Positions 31,666 through 33,707 of a stretch of 33,707 nucleotides of DNA are shown here, piece after piece. The notes under the pieces were generated by a model. That model had not been told where the DNA came from and ran no database searches. It saw only the letters and a program-made list of their open reading frames with translations. The translations under genes and the position numbers were made by a program. The DNA comes from an uncultured delta proteobacterium (GTDB lineage: Bacteria; Myxococcota_A; Bradymonadia; REDH01): contig CAIQPA010000047.1 in assembly GCA_903873545.1 (NCBI GenBank), positions 1-33,707 of the forward strand, written 5' to 3'. The first letter of the stretch is position 1; each line of letters opens with the position of its first letter.

Positions 31666-32973
31666 ATGGCACTGACCCGCGCCGCCATCGTCGAACTGGA
31701 CCACCGCCACGTCTGGCACCCCTACACGCAGCACGATGAGTGGGTGACGAAAGAGCCGCTCGTGGTTGCCTCGGCGGAGGGCATCTGGCTCACCGACGAA
31801 GACGGGCAGCGCTGGATGGATGGCAGCGGGAGCTGGTGGGTCTCGAACCTCGGCCACGGCTATCCGCGGGTCCGGGAGGCGCTCCATGCGCAGCTCGACA
31901 AGGCCGCCCATGTGATGTTTGGCGGCGCCACCCACGCGCCTGCTGCGACCCTTGCTGCACGGCTCGCATCGGTCGCTCCGCCTGGGCTCACGCGCACCTT
32001 CTTCTCCGACAACGGCTCAACCGCCGTCGAGGTCGCCATCCGGGTCGCCTATGAGTCGTGGCAGCAGCGCGGAGAGACCGCCCGCCGCCGCTTTGTGACC
32101 CTCGAAGGCGCCTACCATGGCGACACGCTCGGCACGGTCTCGCTCGGCAGCATCGCGGCCTTCCGACACCGACTCGATGGCCTGCTCTTCGATGTGCTCT
32201 CCATCCCGGCCGGCGACGGCGCGACGGGGACTGGCTGGGAGTCGGAGATGGTCGACGCGCTCGCCGCGATGCTGGCGGCGCGGGGCCACGAGGTAGCCGC
32301 GGTGGTCGTCGAACCGCTCATCCTCGGCGCGAGCGGAATGCGGATGTACAGCGCAGCCACGCTCCGGCGCATGTATGAACTCGCCAAGGAGGCGGGCGCC
32401 CTCTTCATCGCAGACGAGGTCTTCGTCGGCCTGGGTCGGACCGGCACGCTGTTTGCCTGCGAGCAGGCCGGCATCACGCCCGACCTTCTCTGCCTCTCGA
32501 AGGGCCTCACGGCAGGCTCTCTGCCCTTTGCGGTGACCCTCGCCACAGAGGAGCTCTTCGACGCCTTCCGCGGCGAGCGCCCGCGCATGTTCCACTACGG
32601 CCACAGCTACTGCGGCAACCCGCTCGGCTGCGCGGCGGCACTCGCCACCCTCGATGCCTTCGCCGAGGACGGCATCCTCGAGCATGCAGCCCTTCGTGCA
32701 GAACAGATGCGGCGCACGACGGCAGACTGGCGGCAGTGGCCGGGCGTGGCCGAAGTGCGCCAGACCGGCCTCGTGCTCGCCGTGCAGCTGGCCGAGGGCA
32801 GCGACTACACCGACCCCGTTGGCTGGCGCATCGCCAAGGCGGCGGCGGCGCGCCAACTGCTCATCCGGCCGCTCGGAAACGTGCTCTACCTCGTCCCTGC
32901 GCTGACCATCACAGAGCACGAGCTGTACGACATGCTAGAGCGCTTCGGCAGCGCCATTCAGAGCCCGCTCTAA
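31666..32973 (+). CDS. bioA: Adenosylmethionine-8-amino-7-oxononanoate aminotransferase (class III PLP aminotransferase)
   Basis: It aligns closely by eye with E. coli BioA: 'HVWHPYTQ', 'SWWVSNLGHG', 'HVMFGGATHAPA', 'YHGDTLG', 'EPLILGASGMRMY', 'IADEVFVGLGRTGTLFACE', 'DLLCLSKGLTAG'. It starts 5 nt after the kinase stop. Confidence 0.87.
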   Translation: MALTRAAIVELDHRHVWHPYTQHDEWVTKEPLVVASAEGIWLTDEDGQRWMDGSGSWWVSNLGHGYPRVREALHAQLDKAAHVMFGGATHAPAATLAARLASVAPPGLTRTFFSDNGSTAVEVAIRVAYESWQQRGETARRRFVTLEGAYHGDTLGTVSLGSIAAFRHRLDGLLFDVLSIPAGDGATGTGWESEMVDALAAMLAARGHEVAAVVVEPLILGASGMRMYSAATLRRMYELAKEAGALFIADEVFVGLGRTGTLFACEQAGITPDLLCLSKGLTAGSLPFAVTLATEELFDAFRGERPRMFHYGHSYCGNPLGCAAALATLDAFAEDGILEHAALRAEQMRRTTADWRQWPGVAEVRQTGLVLAVQLAEGSDYTDPVGWRIAKAAAARQLLIRPLGNVLYLVPALTITEHELYDMLERFGSAIQSPL

Positions 32974-32986
32974 GGCGCCAGCGCGG

Positions 32987-33707
32987 CTACTCTTCGAAGA
33001 ACCAGTTGTCGTAGAAGCGGCCAGCCCGCTTGAAGGTCACCGCGCCGAAGGCATTGGCGGCGATGCCCCAGATGATGGCCACCTTGAAGAGCCAGGAAAG
33101 GCGGTCGCGCCCCTGCGCCAGCAGCACCAGCAGGAAGGGCAGATAGTCCATCTGAAAGCGGTAACCGAACTGCTCCCAGCCAGTGTTCTGGTAGAAGAGG
33201 TGCGAGGTGGCGATGGCGGCGATGGTGGCCCAGGCCGCGCGATGAAGCCACCGGTTCTGAGCGCCTTCGCGGGCCTTGGGCCAGAGCAGGTAGAGGTAGG
33301 CCGGCGTGGTCAGCCAGATGGCGAGCCCATGCTTGGAGACGATGAGGTAGGGGGCCTCGGGCTGCAGCTTCGGGAGCAGCGCAAACATGGCAGCGAGGTT
33401 GCGCGACAGGAAGTGGTAGTTGAAGAGTCCCCACTCCTTGATGCGATCGAGCTGGCCGTTGGCGAGGTAGGTGTGGCCGAACTCTCCGAGCCGCTCGAAG
33501 CGGGCCTGGTTGGCGGCCATCAGCAGCAGCCCAACGACAAGCGGCGTGACGGCGAAGAGCAGCCCGTCGCGCCAGAACCGGCGGTCGCGCAGCGAGGCCA
33601 ACTGTCCGTTCGGGAAGAAGAGCGCCGCTGCGGCAAAGACCGTGGCATAGAGCAGCGGCGTGCGGGAGGCGAAGCCGAAGGCAAGCGCCGCACCGGCCCA
33701 GAAGAAG
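32987..33707 (-). CDS. Polytopic membrane protein, possibly a GT-C-type (ArnT/PMT-like) glycosyltransferase. This is the C-terminal part; the 5' end lies outside the window.
   Basis: The frame is open to the window edge (FFWAGAALAFGFASRTPLLY...), and the track start at 33601 is only an internal TTG. There are multiple hydrophobic helices rich in aromatic residues. The functional assignment is weak and rests on pattern only. Confidence 0.55.
   Translation of the reverse strand, partial: FFWAGAALAFGFASRTPLLYATVFAAAALFFPNGQLASLRDRRFWRDGLLFAVTPLVVGLLLMAANQARFERLGEFGHTYLANGQLDRIKEWGLFNYHFLSRNLAAMFALLPKLQPEAPYLIVSKHGLAIWLTTPAYLYLLWPKAREGAQNRWLHRAAWATIAAIATSHLFYQNTGWEQFGYRFQMDYLPFLLVLLAQGRDRLSWLFKVAIIWGIAANAFGAVTFKRAGRFYDNWFFEE

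Noticed and set aside
1-33707. Scan for CRISPR arrays, tRNA/rRNA genes, IS elements, integrases, toxin-antitoxin pairs or known defence-system genes
   Set aside because: No direct-repeat/spacer arrays appeared. No intergenic region is long enough or shaped like a tRNA. No transposase, integrase or nuclease-type ORFs were recognisable in any frame.

Overview
This is a high-GC, gene-dense bacterial chromosomal window. I call 27 protein-coding genes, two of them cut by the window edges. I saw no rRNA, tRNA, CRISPR array, transposase, integrase or phage genes. The gene content points to a Myxococcota-like genome, though this is inference only: a CdnL regulator, a DUF4388-type J-protein, a giant GYF/TPR membrane protein, a Hanks kinase with a membrane tail, many lipoproteins, and a type-III export-gate fragment. 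Most of the window is housekeeping or envelope-related: NIF3, polyprenyl synthase, GtrA, astA-astD, cdnL, two beta-carbonic anhydrases, thiG and bioA. The most unusual feature is a co-directional three-gene module at 544-8766 on the minus strand. It encodes a membrane GYF/acidic-repeat/TPR scaffold, then a pseudo-receiver/DUF4388/J-domain/TPR protein, then an Hsp70 with no helical lid. This module ends 5 bp from the stop of a convergent FlhB/SctU-like export-gate gene that itself lacks the C-terminal autocleavage domain. Other candidates are a translationally coupled S41 plus M16 (active) plus M16 (inactive) protease module, a CPBP protease coupled to a lipoprotein, and a Cab-type carbonic-anhydrase-like/unknown/OmpA-like operon. 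All functional calls come from motifs I recognised by eye in the supplied translations. No database search was run.
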